From: Rhodoferax sp.
Lineage (GTDB): Bacteria; Pseudomonadota; Gammaproteobacteria; Burkholderiales; Burkholderiaceae_C
DNA length: 64,000 nucleotides
Assembly (NCBI RefSeq): GCF_034519335.1
Contig: NZ_JAXHOL010000003.1
Coordinates: 27,597-91,596, forward strand
Reading direction: 5' to 3'
Shown here: piece after piece, positions 40,350 through 53,285 of the stretch
Layout of the letters: each line of letters begins with the position of its first letter
Numbering within the stretch: the first letter of the stretch is position 1
Notes under the pieces: model-generated
Databases searched by the model: none
What the model saw: the letters and a program-made list of their open reading frames with translations, nothing else
What the model was told of the DNA's origin: nothing
Position numbers and translations under genes: made by a program

Positions 40350-41455
40350 TCTTGATTTCTAGTTCGAATCGCGACATTGGTTGCGCAGGCCCGAGAGTAC
40401 CTCAGCAGGGGTTTTGAAGCCCAAACAGGCGCGCGGTCTTGAGTTGAGCAAACGCTCAATGCGGGCAATTGAAGCTGGCGTTTGCAGACTCAATGGCTCG
40501 CCCTTTGGGATGAACTGGCGTATCAGTCCTATGGTGTTCTCATTGGTACCACGCTGATTGGGCCGCTGCGCATCACACACGTACAAACGCTCGTGCTCAA
40601 CCACTGTGTGTAACTTGGCGAACTCACTACCCCGGTCAGTGGTGATGCTCAAAACCGGCCAGCGCGCATCACCCAACAGACGTTGGTGCACTGCAACCGC
40701 AGTCGTTTCTGGCAATCCGTTATCTAGCAAGACCAGCCTGGTGTATCGGCTACTGCGCTCCACGCACACCAGCAAGCGGGCCTTGTAACCCCCGCGCATG
40801 CCCATCATGGTGTCTATCTCCCAATGCCCCACCTGCAGGCGCTGGCGCACCTGGAGCGGGCGTTGAGCGATGGGTTGCACCGAGCGAGCCCAGCCGAACA
40901 CGCTCAGAGGCCCTGTCTTGCACCGACGGTTGGGACGGGCACGCCGCAGAGGTCGATCATCTCGCTTGGGCCACACCCGGGCAGCCCATGCATAAATGGT
41001 CTGCATGCTGGGCATGTCAGGACTACTGCAAGCCGGTGCCAAGGATGCTGTGAACTGCGCGCGCCCTGCAATCTGCTGAGGCGACCAGTAAGACTGGGTC
41101 ATTGCTTTGCGCACATGCTTCCACACTGCAGGGGTGTAGCGTGGAGCATTGGCGGCACAGCGTAGGGCGCAGCCACTGCGATGACTCTGGGCGCGTTGGG
41201 CGTTGTAGGCACCTTCGCATCGTGTCAGTTCACGGTAGATGGTGCTGCGGTGACGGCCCAGGCGTAGCGCAATCTGGCATTTGCTTAAATCCTGTTCAAG
41301 CCAGGCTTGAATCTGGTAGCGTTCACTTGGGCTGAGGTGGTTGTGGGTCATTGGCAAACCTGTCGGTGTAGGAACCAAAAGGCTAACCAATTCACTCCAT
41401 CCTCAGCCCTTCGTACTGCGCTCAGAGGTGTCGCAATTCGACTTGGAAATCAAGA
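40350..41455 (-). mobile_element. IS30-family insertion sequence
   Basis: 27-bp terminal inverted repeats with 4 mismatches (TCTTGATTTCTAGTTCGAATCGCGACA vs TCTTGATTTCCAAGTCGAATTGCGACA); 2-bp AA duplication (or 4-bp AAAT if ends are 40351/41454). Confidence 0.9.
40359..41351 (-). CDS. IS30 transposase
   Basis: HLSPSERYQI, RHRSTIYREL HTH; DDE: HWEIDT, ITTDRGSEF, RGTNENTIGLIRQFIPKG; stop inside the left IR. Confidence 0.92.
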   Translation of the reverse strand: MTHNHLSPSERYQIQAWLEQDLSKCQIALRLGRHRSTIYRELTRCEGAYNAQRAQSHRSGCALRCAANAPRYTPAVWKHVRKAMTQSYWSPQQIAGRAQFTASLAPACSSPDMPSMQTIYAWAARVWPKRDDRPLRRARPNRRCKTGPLSVFGWARSVQPIAQRPLQVRQRLQVGHWEIDTMMGMRGGYKARLLVCVERSSRYTRLVLLDNGLPETTAVAVHQRLLGDARWPVLSITTDRGSEFAKLHTVVEHERLYVCDAQRPNQRGTNENTIGLIRQFIPKGEPLSLQTPASIARIERLLNSRPRACLGFKTPAEVLSGLRNQCRDSN

Positions 41456-41461
41456 AATAGC

Positions 41462-42151
41462 TTAAACCTCAGCCACCGGCTCTGCCACCACCCGGCCTGC
41501 CTCGATGGTGATGCGGCGGTCGCAGCGGGCGGCAATGCCGCGGTCGTGGGTGACCAGCACCAGGGTCGTGCCCTGTTCGCGGTTCAGGTCAAACATCAGT
41601 TCCATGATTTTTTCGCCCGTCGCAAAGTCCAGGCTGCCGGTGGGCTCGTCCGCCAGCAGCACGGCGGGTTTGACCACAAAGGCCCGCGCCAGCGCCACGC
41701 GCTGCTGTTCGCCACCGCTGAGCACCTTGGGGTAGGCGTTGAGCCGCTGCGACAAGCCCACGCGGGCCAGCATCTCGGTGGCAGCGCTGCGGGCATCTTT
41801 GCGGCCGTCCAGCTCCAGCGGCAGCATGACGTTTTCCAGCGCGGTGAGGTTGCCCAGCAGCTGAAAGCTTTGGAACACAAAACCCACCTGCTTGGCGCGC
41901 AGCGCGGCGCGGGCGTCTTCGTCGATGGCAAAAATATCCTGTCCGGCCAAGCGCACGGTGCCGCTGGTGGGCGTGTCCAGCCCGGCGATGATGGAGAGCA
42001 ATGTGCTCTTGCCCGACCCGGATGCTCCGACGATGGCCGCGGTCTCGCGGGCTTTGAGTGCAAAATCAATGTCGCGCAGGATCTCCAGCGTGCCGGTGGA
42101 ATCAGTCACCGCCTTGAAAACATGCTCAACCGAAATGATGGAATCAGACAT
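41462..42151 (-). CDS. ABC transporter ATP-binding protein (YbbA-like)
   Basis: GASGSGKST, LSGGEQQRVALARA, LLADEPTGSLD; divergent from tesA. Confidence 0.9.
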   Translation of the reverse strand: MSDSIISVEHVFKAVTDSTGTLEILRDIDFALKARETAAIVGASGSGKSTLLSIIAGLDTPTSGTVRLAGQDIFAIDEDARAALRAKQVGFVFQSFQLLGNLTALENVMLPLELDGRKDARSAATEMLARVGLSQRLNAYPKVLSGGEQQRVALARAFVVKPAVLLADEPTGSLDFATGEKIMELMFDLNREQGTTLVLVTHDRGIAARCDRRITIEAGRVVAEPVAEV

Positions 42152-42791
42152 GGGGCTCTCTGTAGTTCGACGACACTGTATCGCGCTGTTTATTGTGGCG
42201 GGATTTGCAGGGGCTTCTGTGGCCCAGCCCAAGCCCCACACCATCTTGGTGGTGGGCGACTCGCTGAGTGCCGAATACGGGCTCAAACGTGGTACCGGCT
42301 GGGTGGCACTGATGGAGCAACGCCTGGCCAAAGAAAGCCCGCAAACCAAGGTGGTCAACGCCAGCATCAGCGGCGACACCACCTCGGGCGGCCGCTCCCG
42401 CCTGCCCGCGCTGCTGGCCCAGCACAAGCCCACGGTGGTGGTGATTGAACTGGGTGGCAACGACGCCTTGCGCGGCCTGCCACTGGCCATGACGCAAGAC
42501 AATCTGCAAGCCATGACCCAAGCCGCCCAGGCCGCTGGTGCCAAGGTGCTGATTGTGGGCATGCAGGTGCCACCCAACTACGGGCAGGACTACACCAAGC
42601 GCTTCAGCGACACCTTTGCCACGGTCGCCAAGGCCAACAAGGCTGCTTTGGTGCCGTTTTTGCTCAAGGGCGTGGCGGATGTGCCCAACGCGGCCAAGCT
42701 GTTCCAGGCCGACCGCATCCACCCCAACGAGTCGGCGCACCCGACCATCCTCAACACCATGTGGCCCGCCGTGCGCGCGCTGCTGCGCTAA
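42150..42791 (+). CDS. tesA: Arylesterase / acyl-CoA thioesterase I (SGNH)
   Basis: VVGDSLSAEYG, NASISGDTT, ELGGNDALRG, DRIHPN. Confidence 0.88.
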   Translation: MGLSVVRRHCIALFIVAGFAGASVAQPKPHTILVVGDSLSAEYGLKRGTGWVALMEQRLAKESPQTKVVNASISGDTTSGGRSRLPALLAQHKPTVVVIELGGNDALRGLPLAMTQDNLQAMTQAAQAAGAKVLIVGMQVPPNYGQDYTKRFSDTFATVAKANKAALVPFLLKGVADVPNAAKLFQADRIHPNESAHPTILNTMWPAVRALLR

Positions 42792-42797
42792 GGCCGT

Positions 42798-43853
42798 ATG
42801 AGTTTGAAATTGATGCCGGCCGCCCAGGCCCTGGCCCAGCTGGACCAGTTTGACGCGGTGATTGATGCGCGCAGCGAGGGGGAATACGCACTGGACCACC
42901 TGCCTGGTGCGCAAAACTGGCCCACGCTGCACGACGACGAGCGTGTGACCGTAGGCACCCTGTACAAGCAGGTCAGCCCGTTTGAAGCGCGCAAGCTGGG
43001 CGGTGTACTGGCGGCGCGCAATATCGCCAGCAACATCGAAGCCAATGCCCTGGACAAGCCCAAACATTGGGCGCCCCTGACCTACTGCTGGCGCGGTGGT
43101 CAGCGCAGCGGGTCGCTCAGCCTGGTGATGGACCAAATCGGCTTCAAGGTCACGCTGGTGGAAGGCGGCTACAAAGCCTTTCGCGCCGCCATGCTGGAGG
43201 ACATTCCGCTGCAAGCCCAGCGCCTGCACTTTGAAGTGGTGTGTGGCACCACGGGCTGCGGCAAGACGCGGTTATTGCATGCGCTGGCGGCCGAGGGTGC
43301 GCAGGTGCTGGACCTGGAAGGCCTGGCCAACCACCGCAGCTCCCTCTTGGGTGCCGTGCCCGGCCTGCCCCAGCCCACGCAAAAGCGTTTTGACACGCTG
43401 GTGTGGGACACCTTGCGAAAATTCGATGCCGCCCGCCCCGTGTATGTGGAGAGCGAAAGCAAAAAGATTGGCAACCTGACGCTGCCCAGCGCCCTGGTGG
43501 AGCGCATGCACAACAGCCCCTGCATCCAGCTGAGCCTGCCCACCGAAGAGCGCATTGCGCTGCTGCTGGAGGACTACCACCACCTGGTGCAGGACACCGC
43601 CTACTTCTGCCAACGGCTGGACGTGATGGCCGAGTTCCGTGGAAAGGTGGTGGTACAGGGCTGGAAAGACCTGGTGGCAGCAGGCGACTTCCGCCCCGTG
43701 GTGCAAGACCTGCTGACGCAGCACTACGACCCGAGTTACCTCAAGTCCATGCAAAACAACTTCCGCCATTTCGGCACGGCGCGCAGCATCACCGCCAGCG
43801 ACCGGTCGGCAGACGCGATGCGCCAGCTGGCGCAGGCGCTCTTGGCGCCCTGA
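42798..43853 (+). CDS. mnmH: tRNA 2-selenouridine synthase
   Basis: Rhodanese domain IDARSEGEY, YCWRGGQRSG; P-loop GTTGCGKT; DLEGLANHRSS; ESESKKIG. Confidence 0.92.
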   Translation: MSLKLMPAAQALAQLDQFDAVIDARSEGEYALDHLPGAQNWPTLHDDERVTVGTLYKQVSPFEARKLGGVLAARNIASNIEANALDKPKHWAPLTYCWRGGQRSGSLSLVMDQIGFKVTLVEGGYKAFRAAMLEDIPLQAQRLHFEVVCGTTGCGKTRLLHALAAEGAQVLDLEGLANHRSSLLGAVPGLPQPTQKRFDTLVWDTLRKFDAARPVYVESESKKIGNLTLPSALVERMHNSPCIQLSLPTEERIALLLEDYHHLVQDTAYFCQRLDVMAEFRGKVVVQGWKDLVAAGDFRPVVQDLLTQHYDPSYLKSMQNNFRHFGTARSITASDRSADAMRQLAQALLAP

Positions 43854-43911
43854 CAAATAAGGAAGGTGGGCGGAGCGGCGCTAAAGGCCCAGACCGCTCA
43901 ATGCAGTTGGC

Positions 43912-44094
43912 TCAGGAGGCTTCGCCAGCGGCGTCGCCTTCTGCGGGCGTGCCGGGTTCAGCATCGGTCTCGTCGTTTTCGGGAGCGTCACCGGTCAGTT
44001 TGCGCTCGGCCTTGCTCTTGAGCTTTTCTTCTTTTTTCTTTCGCTTGGCCAGTTCTTTCTGACGCTTTTCGTAACCGTAATTGGGTGTTGCCAA
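43912..44094 (-). CDS. Small charged hypothetical protein
   Basis: MATPNYGYEKRQKELAKRKKKEEK; basic N-half and acidic C-half. Confidence 0.6.
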   Translation of the reverse strand: MATPNYGYEKRQKELAKRKKKEEKLKSKAERKLTGDAPENDETDAEPGTPAEGDAAGEAS

Positions 44095-44103
44095 GATGTA
44101 CTT

Positions 44104-44964
44104 TCAGTTTGTTGGGGCCACTGTAACATCTCCAGGCCACTGTACGGCTCCTCGGTAGGCATGCCAACTGGCGTGCCCCAGCCACGGCCCCACCACCAGC
44201 AGCCCCAAACTCCAGGGCAGCAGCATGGCCAACACCACCAGCGCGGTGAGCAGCAGCCCCCACAGCACCATCACCGCGGTGTTGTGGAACACCACTTCCA
44301 GGCTGGTGATGGCGGCGGAGATGGCGTCGGTATCGCGGTCCAGAATCATGGGGATGGAGACCACCGCCGTCGAGAAGACCAACATGGCAAACGCGCCACC
44401 CACCGCCGCATAGGCGGCCACAAACTCCCAGTTCTGCGGGTTGAATACGGCCTCCAGCACCCCGGTGGTGGACGGCATGCCGGTATTGAAGAACACGGCA
44501 AACACCACCAGCGACGCCCTGCCCCACAGCAGCTCCAGCACCACCAGCACCAAGACCAGCAGGCCCATGCTGCCGAGATGGCGGTCCCAGCAGGTAACCG
44601 AAGCCCCCAGCTCCGGGGTGATACCCAGTTCGCGCCGACGGCTCACTTCGTACAGGCCCATGGCCAAAAACGGCCCCACCAGCAGGCAGCCCGAGGCGAT
44701 GGACATGGTGTATTCGGGCTTGGAGCGAAACACTGCGGCCAGCACGATGGCCATGGTGCAAAACGCCACGCCGTAAAAGGCGGCGATGCCAGGGTGGGCC
44801 AGCAGGTCGGCAGCGCCTTTGCGCAGCCAGACGAAGGGCTGGCCCCAGCCCAGCGCAACAATGGTCTTGCGCGGAGCGTCTGAAGGCGGCGGCACATAAG
44901 GCTGCGCCATTACGGGGAGGCTTTGCTCGGGAGACTCTGGCGGGTTCGAGGGCTGCATGGCCAC
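44104..44964 (-). CDS. DUF2189-like membrane protein
   Basis: GFVLVGP-like GCLLVGPFLAMGLYEVSRRRE, SIPMILDRD, LGHASWHAYR. Confidence 0.75.
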   Translation of the reverse strand: MAMQPSNPPESPEQSLPVMAQPYVPPPSDAPRKTIVALGWGQPFVWLRKGAADLLAHPGIAAFYGVAFCTMAIVLAAVFRSKPEYTMSIASGCLLVGPFLAMGLYEVSRRRELGITPELGASVTCWDRHLGSMGLLVLVLVVLELLWGRASLVVFAVFFNTGMPSTTGVLEAVFNPQNWEFVAAYAAVGGAFAMLVFSTAVVSIPMILDRDTDAISAAITSLEVVFHNTAVMVLWGLLLTALVVLAMLLPWSLGLLVVGPWLGHASWHAYRGAVQWPGDVTVAPTN

Positions 44965-45047
44965 AGCTTAAAGTCGCGCTGGTCCCTTGCCTACTGAGGA
45001 AAACACGCAGATGCCAGGCTACGCCGTGGCATCTACGCGGGTTTGGT

Positions 45048-46253
45048 TCAGCGCAGCACGTTCAGCGCTTGCGCAATGTCGGCCTGCAGGTCAGCCACGT
45101 CTTCCAGGCCAATGGAAAAACGTACCAAGGTGCCGGGCAGCAAATGCGCTGGCCAACCGCTGCGCATGGTTTCCAGCTCGTAGGGAACCACCAGGCTGAT
45201 GGGCCCGCCCCAGCTGTAACCCAGGCGGAAGAGCTGGAGGGCATCACAAAACGCATCGGTCTGCGCCTGGGTGAACCGCTTGTCCAGAATGACGCTGAAC
45301 AAGCCGGCTGCCGTGCCCTCGGCACCACCGCACAGGGCTTTCCAGTGCGCGTGACCGGGAGACTCTTCAAGCGCCGGGTGTAGCACCTGCACAAACTCGG
45401 GCTGCGTCTGCGCCCAGGTCGCCAGCGCGCGGGTGGCTGCGTCGTGGGCGCGGTAGCGCAAGGCGATGCTGGGCAGGGAGCGCAGTACCAGTTCCACATC
45501 GTTCATGCCCACACCAATGCCAAAGCGCATGTGGGTGAGCTTCAGCTTGAGGTGCAAGCCAGCGTCGCGCGTGATGACGCTGCCCATGAGCACGTCACCG
45601 CCACCGCTGGGGTATTTGGTCAGCGCGTGGGCGGACACATCGACACCCACGGGCGGGCTTGCGCCAGGCACCAGGTCAAACGGGCAAAAGGCCAAGCCTG
45701 CACCCCAGGTGTTGTCCAGCGCGGTCAGCACCTTGCGGCGCTGGCAGATGCGCACCATCTCCACCAGATTGGGGAACTCCAGCGACACCGAGCCCGCTGC
45801 CTCCAGCCAGACCAGCTTGGTGCGGCTGGAGATTTGTGCCTCCAGGTCCTCGGGGTCCATGGGGTTGTAGTACTGGTGCGTGATGCCCCAGCCCATCAAC
45901 TCGCCCTCCACCAAAGACTTGTTGGGACCATACACGTTGTCGGGCAACAGCACTTCGTCACCGCTCTTGAGCAGCGACAAGGCGACCAGACCCAACGCAG
46001 CCAAACCGCTGGGTACCAGCAAGCACTGCTTGCCACCTTCGAGCGTGGCCAGGCGTTCTTCCAGCGCGTAGCTGGTCGGTGTGCCGTGCAGGCCGTAGGT
46101 GTAGGCGGACTTGTCTTTCCACTCGCGGCTGCGCATGGCGGCCACGGTCGGAAAGAAAACCGTGGAAGCCTTGAAAACACCGGGCTGCGGCGCTTCAAAG
46201 CCCTCGGGGGGAACGTAGGGGTGGTGGATGAGGCCGGTTGTCGGGTGCGTCAT
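45048..46253 (-). CDS. metC: Cystathionine beta-lyase (Cys/Met PLP-dependent)
   Basis: YGLHGTPT, VPSGLAA, ALDNTW, HALTKYPSGGGD, GYSWGG, RFSIGLED. Confidence 0.85.
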   Translation of the reverse strand: MTHPTTGLIHHPYVPPEGFEAPQPGVFKASTVFFPTVAAMRSREWKDKSAYTYGLHGTPTSYALEERLATLEGGKQCLLVPSGLAALGLVALSLLKSGDEVLLPDNVYGPNKSLVEGELMGWGITHQYYNPMDPEDLEAQISSRTKLVWLEAAGSVSLEFPNLVEMVRICQRRKVLTALDNTWGAGLAFCPFDLVPGASPPVGVDVSAHALTKYPSGGGDVLMGSVITRDAGLHLKLKLTHMRFGIGVGMNDVELVLRSLPSIALRYRAHDAATRALATWAQTQPEFVQVLHPALEESPGHAHWKALCGGAEGTAAGLFSVILDKRFTQAQTDAFCDALQLFRLGYSWGGPISLVVPYELETMRSGWPAHLLPGTLVRFSIGLEDVADLQADIAQALNVLR

Positions 46254-46267
46254 AGCAATTCGCCGCC

Positions 46268-46332
46268 GGGCCGCCCCAAGGCGAATACGCCCCCTTGGGG
46301 GGCAGCGACCCGCGTAGCGGCGGAGCGTGGCG
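46268..46332 (+). repeat. Second REP-like palindromic element
   Basis: GGGCCGCCCCAAGG...GCCCCCTTGGGGGGC...GGAGCGTGG, GC-rich palindromic intergenic motif; resembles a repeat I recall from Comamonadaceae genomes, only one copy here. Confidence 0.45.
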
Positions 46333-46338
46333 GCACGG

Positions 46339-46863
46339 TCACACGGACCATTTTTGGATCAGCTGTTGGGGACGCAGGGAGTCATAGCCCTCAAAAGGCT
46401 GGTGAATCCAGGGGTTGGTGGGCAGGAACTCGACCGAGTAGTCAGGCGTGAAGGTGCTCAAGGCCTTGGTCCAGATCACGGCGCTGCGCAGCTCGGTGAT
46501 GGGCGAATAGTTGTTCCTGAGCTGGTGGATCACTGCGTTGAGCGTATGGCCCGAATCGGCAAGATCGTCCACCAGCAGCACCTTACCGGCAATCTCGCCC
46601 TTGGGCGTGGTGATGTAACGCGCAATGTCCAGGTTGCCTTGCTGCGTACCGGCTTCGGCGCGATAAGAGCTGGTGGACATGATGGCTAGGGGCTTGTCAA
46701 AGACGCGCGACAGGATGTCTCCTGGACGCATGCCGCCGCGGGCCAGACACAGAATGGTGTCGAACTCCCAACCCGACTGGAAAATCTTGATCGCCAGTTT
46801 CTCGATCAGGTTGTGGTACTCGTCGTAACTCACATAGAGGTGCTTGCCGTCTTCTGTCAACAT
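46339..46863 (-). CDS. Phosphoribosyltransferase (type I)
   Basis: LARGG, VLLVDDLADSGHT, WIHQPFE. Confidence 0.85.
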   Translation of the reverse strand: MLTEDGKHLYVSYDEYHNLIEKLAIKIFQSGWEFDTILCLARGGMRPGDILSRVFDKPLAIMSTSSYRAEAGTQQGNLDIARYITTPKGEIAGKVLLVDDLADSGHTLNAVIHQLRNNYSPITELRSAVIWTKALSTFTPDYSVEFLPTNPWIHQPFEGYDSLRPQQLIQKWSV

Positions 46864-46869
46864 CAGAAT

Positions 46870-46931
46870 ACTCCTAATTTTATAGCTGCTTACGCAGCAT
46901 TTACGGGGGCTAGAGGGCTATTTGACTTAAA
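46870..46931 (+). repeat. REP-like repeat, copy 8
   Basis: ..TTTTATAGCTGCTTACGCAGCATTTACGGGGCTAGAGGGCTATTTGACTTAAA. Confidence 0.65.
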
Positions 46932-46940
46932 AACGGCAGA

Positions 46941-49477
<2,537 letters not shown>

Positions 49478-49531
49478 GGAATTTGAGGGGGCTGTTAAAA
49501 CAGCGATTTTACCGGGCTTGGGGCCCGCTTT

Positions 49532-49723
49532 TCAGGGCAGCAGCCACCAAATCGTCAACAAGCCCAACAAGATGCTGGCCAATCCGAAAAAGCGGATCTG
49601 GCCATCGTTGAGTTGCAAGAGCTGGGTGAACATGCGCCGCCACCCGGTGGGTGACAGAAAAGGGAAAAGCCCCTCCACCACCAACACCAAGCCCAGCGCC
49701 ACCCACAGGGTGTCGGCGCTCAA
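49532..49723 (-). CDS. DUF2065 protein
   Basis: ALGLVLVVEGL..P..WRR; conserved position after hflC. Confidence 0.85.
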   Translation of the reverse strand: MSADTLWVALGLVLVVEGLFPFLSPTGWRRMFTQLLQLNDGQIRFFGLASILLGLLTIWWLLP

Positions 49724-49726
49724 GGC

Positions 49727-50629
49727 TTACTTCTTGGCAGCACCGGCGCCACTACCGCCGTTGCGAAACACCTTGAAGAATTCGGAAGACGAAGGGTCCA
49801 GCACCATCACATCGCTCTTGTTCGCAAAGCTGGACTTGTAGGCTTCCAGGCTGCGGTAGAACTGGGCGAACTGCGGGTCTTTGCCAAAGGCTTCAGCGTA
49901 AATACGCGCAGCCTCGGCATCGCCCTCCCCCTTGATCTTCTGGGCATCACGGTAGGCATTGGCAATGGTGATTTCACGCTGACGGTCTGCGTCGGCGCGG
50001 ATTTTCTCCCCTTCTGCACCACCGGTAGAACGCAGTTCGTTGGCAACACGCTTGCGTTCGGCTTCCATGCGGCGGTAGACCGATTCGGTGATGGCCTCCA
50101 CATAGTCCACACGGGTGATACGCACATCCACCACGTCCACGCCCCAAGGCTTGGCGCCACGCACTTTGTCCAACACCTCGGTCTTCACATCGGCCATCAG
50201 CGCTTCCCGCTTGAGCGACAGCAGCTCCTTCACGGTACGCTTGTTGATCTCTTCCTGGAAGGCGTTACGCACCACACGGTTGAGCTGGCTAGCACCGGCA
50301 CTTTCGTTCAGGCCCACATTGCGGATGTACTCGGTGGGCTCTGTAATGCGCCAGCGCACGTACCAATCGATCACCACACGCTGCTTTTCCGCAGTCAACA
50401 TGGGCTCAGCGTCAGTGCTGTCCAAGGTCAGCAGGCGCTTGTCGATATAAGAGACATTTTGGAAAGGCGGAGGCAACTTGAAGTTCAAACCGGGTTCGGT
50501 GATGACTTCCTTGATCTGGCCCAAGGCGTAGACCACGCCAAACTGGCGCTGGTCCACCACAAACAAGGTAGAGCTGGCCAAAGCCAGTAACACCAGCAGC
50601 GAAGAGAGGATAAATCCAATGCGGTTCAT
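49727..50629 (-). CDS. hflC: Protease modulator HflC
   Basis: SPFH domain, MEAERKRVANELRSTG, FYRSLEAY. Confidence 0.95.
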   Translation of the reverse strand: MNRIGFILSSLLVLLALASSTLFVVDQRQFGVVYALGQIKEVITEPGLNFKLPPPFQNVSYIDKRLLTLDSTDAEPMLTAEKQRVVIDWYVRWRITEPTEYIRNVGLNESAGASQLNRVVRNAFQEEINKRTVKELLSLKREALMADVKTEVLDKVRGAKPWGVDVVDVRITRVDYVEAITESVYRRMEAERKRVANELRSTGGAEGEKIRADADRQREITIANAYRDAQKIKGEGDAEAARIYAEAFGKDPQFAQFYRSLEAYKSSFANKSDVMVLDPSSSEFFKVFRNGGSGAGAAKK

Positions 50630-50639
50630 GGTCGGGGTC

Positions 50640-52013
50640 CTAGCGGGAGTCGCGTTCGCGCGAGCGGGCAGCGTCACGGCTGCGTGCATCGTTGTTCAAA
50701 ACGGGCGCTGCGGGTGCAGCTGGCTGTGCTGCTGCGGGGGACGATGCAGCGTCGCCCTGAGGCGCAGCGTTCATCTGAAGGATTTTGTCCAGAGGCAAAT
50801 ACAACATGCTGTTGCCTTGGCGGGACTCCACCAGCACCTTGGTCACATTGCCGTAAATTTGTTGCATGGTGTCCAGGTACATGCGGTCACGCGTGACCTG
50901 CGGCGCCTTCTGGTACTCGGCAAACACAGAGCGGAAGCGTTGGGCATCACCCTGGGCCTGCGCTACCACACGGGCCTTGTAGGCGTCTGCCTCTTCCTTG
51001 AGACGGGACGCGGAACCGACAGCACGCGGCACCACATCGTTGGCATAGGCCTCTGCCTCGTTTTTGGCGCGCTCACGCTCTTGGCCGGCCTTGAGCACAT
51101 CGTCAAACGAAGACTGCACCTGCTCGGGCGGACGCACACCACCTTGCTGCAAGTTGATGCCCACAATTTCTACGCCCACTTTGTAACGATCCAAAATGGT
51201 TTGCATCAAGGCCCGAACACGTGGCGCGATTTGGTCGCGCTCTTCGGACAAGGCCGCATCCATTTTCATCTTGCCAAGCACCTCACGCACGGCCGTCTCG
51301 GCAGCTTGAACCACTGCGTCGTTGGGGTTCTTGCTCTCGAACAAGAAAGCACGTGCATCGCTCAGTCGGTACTGCACTGCAAACTTGATGTCCAAGATGT
51401 TTTCATCTTCGGTCAACATGGCGGACTCTTTCAGGCCAGTGGCCTTGAGCACCGTGTCGCGCCCCACGTCGACGGAACGGATCTGGCTCACAAACACCAG
51501 CTCATGCTTCTCGATGGGGTAAGGCAGACGCCAATTGAAACCCGCATTGACCGTCGATTTGTATTTGCCAAACTGGGTAATCACCGCTTGCTGGCCTTCC
51601 TGCACGATGAAGAAGCCTGTGCCAAGCCAGATCAAGGCAAGCACACCCAGAATCAAGCCCACACCAATGCCAGCACTCTTCATGTCGGGTTGAAAACCAC
51701 CGCCAGACGCGCCACCGTTACCGCCGCGTGGCTTGGAGCCACCACCAAACAGGCCTCCGAGCTTGCGATTGAAGTCACGCCACAACTCATCCAAGTCTGG
51801 GGGACCGGATTGCGCAGCGCCCCGGCGGTCCGGCTGCGACTGGGGTGCAGCAGCGGGCTTGGGAGGATCGTTCTCGGGCGCCGCGCCTTCGGGGCGCTCA
51901 GAAGGAGCTGAGGCATCGTCGCCTCTGCCCCAACGGGAATCGTTCAGGTTGAACATATTGCGCATCCACTGGGGCCACGTGACCTTGGGGGGATTTGGCA
52001 GTGATAGTTTCAT
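50640..52013 (-). CDS. hflK: Protease modulator HflK
   Basis: GPPDLDELWRDFN, MLTEDENI, PQVTRDRMYLDTMQ. Confidence 0.95.
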   Translation of the reverse strand: MKLSLPNPPKVTWPQWMRNMFNLNDSRWGRGDDASAPSERPEGAAPENDPPKPAAAPQSQPDRRGAAQSGPPDLDELWRDFNRKLGGLFGGGSKPRGGNGGASGGGFQPDMKSAGIGVGLILGVLALIWLGTGFFIVQEGQQAVITQFGKYKSTVNAGFNWRLPYPIEKHELVFVSQIRSVDVGRDTVLKATGLKESAMLTEDENILDIKFAVQYRLSDARAFLFESKNPNDAVVQAAETAVREVLGKMKMDAALSEERDQIAPRVRALMQTILDRYKVGVEIVGINLQQGGVRPPEQVQSSFDDVLKAGQERERAKNEAEAYANDVVPRAVGSASRLKEEADAYKARVVAQAQGDAQRFRSVFAEYQKAPQVTRDRMYLDTMQQIYGNVTKVLVESRQGNSMLYLPLDKILQMNAAPQGDAASSPAAAQPAAPAAPVLNNDARSRDAARSRERDSR

Positions 52014-52052
52014 GGTTATGTCTCGCGTACTACAGCTCGGGATTGTGCCCAA

Positions 52053-53285
52053 TTACGAACCAGCCCCATGGGGCTCAGGGGAATACTCATCAACGGAACT
52101 TGCTCCGGGAGCCGCGCTGGCTACGGACGCCAGACGCTGGCGTAGCAGTGGCATGCCCAGATTCTCGCGGGCGCTGACAAACACCCGCGGTGTTTGTACT
52201 CCGTGCAAATCGTAGGTGTCCTCCATGCGGACGGGCTGCAACTCGGCAGGCAAAGCATCCATCTTGTTAAACACCAGCAATTGGGGAATCTGGTCTGCAC
52301 CGATTTCTGCCAGCACGGACTGCACCTGCGCGATCTGCTCGGTGTAATTGGAATTGGAAGCGTCGACCACGTGCAAGAGCAGGTCTGCGTCCACCGCCTC
52401 TTGCAATGTGGCCTGAAAGGCATCCACCAGCCCGTGCGGCAAATCTCGTATAAAACCGACGGTATCCGACAAAGACACAGAACGCTGCGCATCACCAAGA
52501 TACAGCTGGCGCGTTGTTGTGTCCAAGGTGGCAAACAGCTGGTCTGCCGCATAGGCTCGGGCTTTCACCAACGCATTGAAAAGTGTTGATTTGCCTGCGT
52601 TGGTGTATCCAATTAAGGAAATATTAAAAGCGTCACGACGCTCCCGCTGACGGCGCTGGGTTTGGCGTTGGCGCTTGACCTTGGAGAGGCGCTCTTTGGT
52701 GCGCTTGATGGTTTCGTCGATCATGCGACGGTCCAACTCGATCTGCTTTTCCCCAGGCCCGCCGCGAACACCTGCACCACCGGTCTGCCGCTCCAAGTGC
52801 GACCAGCGGCGAACCAGGCGAGTGCTGAGGTATTGCAGGCGTGCCAGCTCGACCTGCAACTTGCCTTCGTGGCTCCGCGCGCGCTGGGCAAAAATTTCGA
52901 GAATGAGGTAGGTGCGGTCATTGACCGGCAACTCCAGATGACGCTCCAAGTTGCGCTGCTGGCCAGGGCTCAGGCTTTGGTCAAACAGGATTTCGGTCGC
53001 GCCATGCTGCTGCGCCAAGAGCTTGATCTCATCCGCCTTGCCGGAACCGATGAACAAGGCAGCGTCGGGAGCGCGCCGTTTGCATGTGATACGGGCTACG
53101 GGAGTGAGCCCGGCGGTTTGGGCCAGTAAGCCCAATTCCTCCAGCTCGGAATCAAAGTTGGGCACACCCAAGTCGACTCCAACCAAAATGGTAGGAGCAA
53201 CGATCGGTGAATTTCGGGGTGTCAAATGGGTCGGAGGCGTCTGGCCCAAACGCATGCTGCTGGGGCCCAAGCCCCAGTGCATCAC
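52053..53285 (-). CDS. hflX: GTPase HflX (true start probably somewhat downstream)
   Basis: [47 protein letters not shown]. Confidence 0.95.
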   Translation of the reverse strand: MMHWGLGPSSMRLGQTPPTHLTPRNSPIVAPTILVGVDLGVPNFDSELEELGLLAQTAGLTPVARITCKRRAPDAALFIGSGKADEIKLLAQQHGATEILFDQSLSPGQQRNLERHLELPVNDRTYLILEIFAQRARSHEGKLQVELARLQYLSTRLVRRWSHLERQTGGAGVRGGPGEKQIELDRRMIDETIKRTKERLSKVKRQRQTQRRQRERRDAFNISLIGYTNAGKSTLFNALVKARAYAADQLFATLDTTTRQLYLGDAQRSVSLSDTVGFIRDLPHGLVDAFQATLQEAVDADLLLHVVDASNSNYTEQIAQVQSVLAEIGADQIPQLLVFNKMDALPAELQPVRMEDTYDLHGVQTPRVFVSARENLGMPLLRQRLASVASAAPGASSVDEYSPEPHGAGS

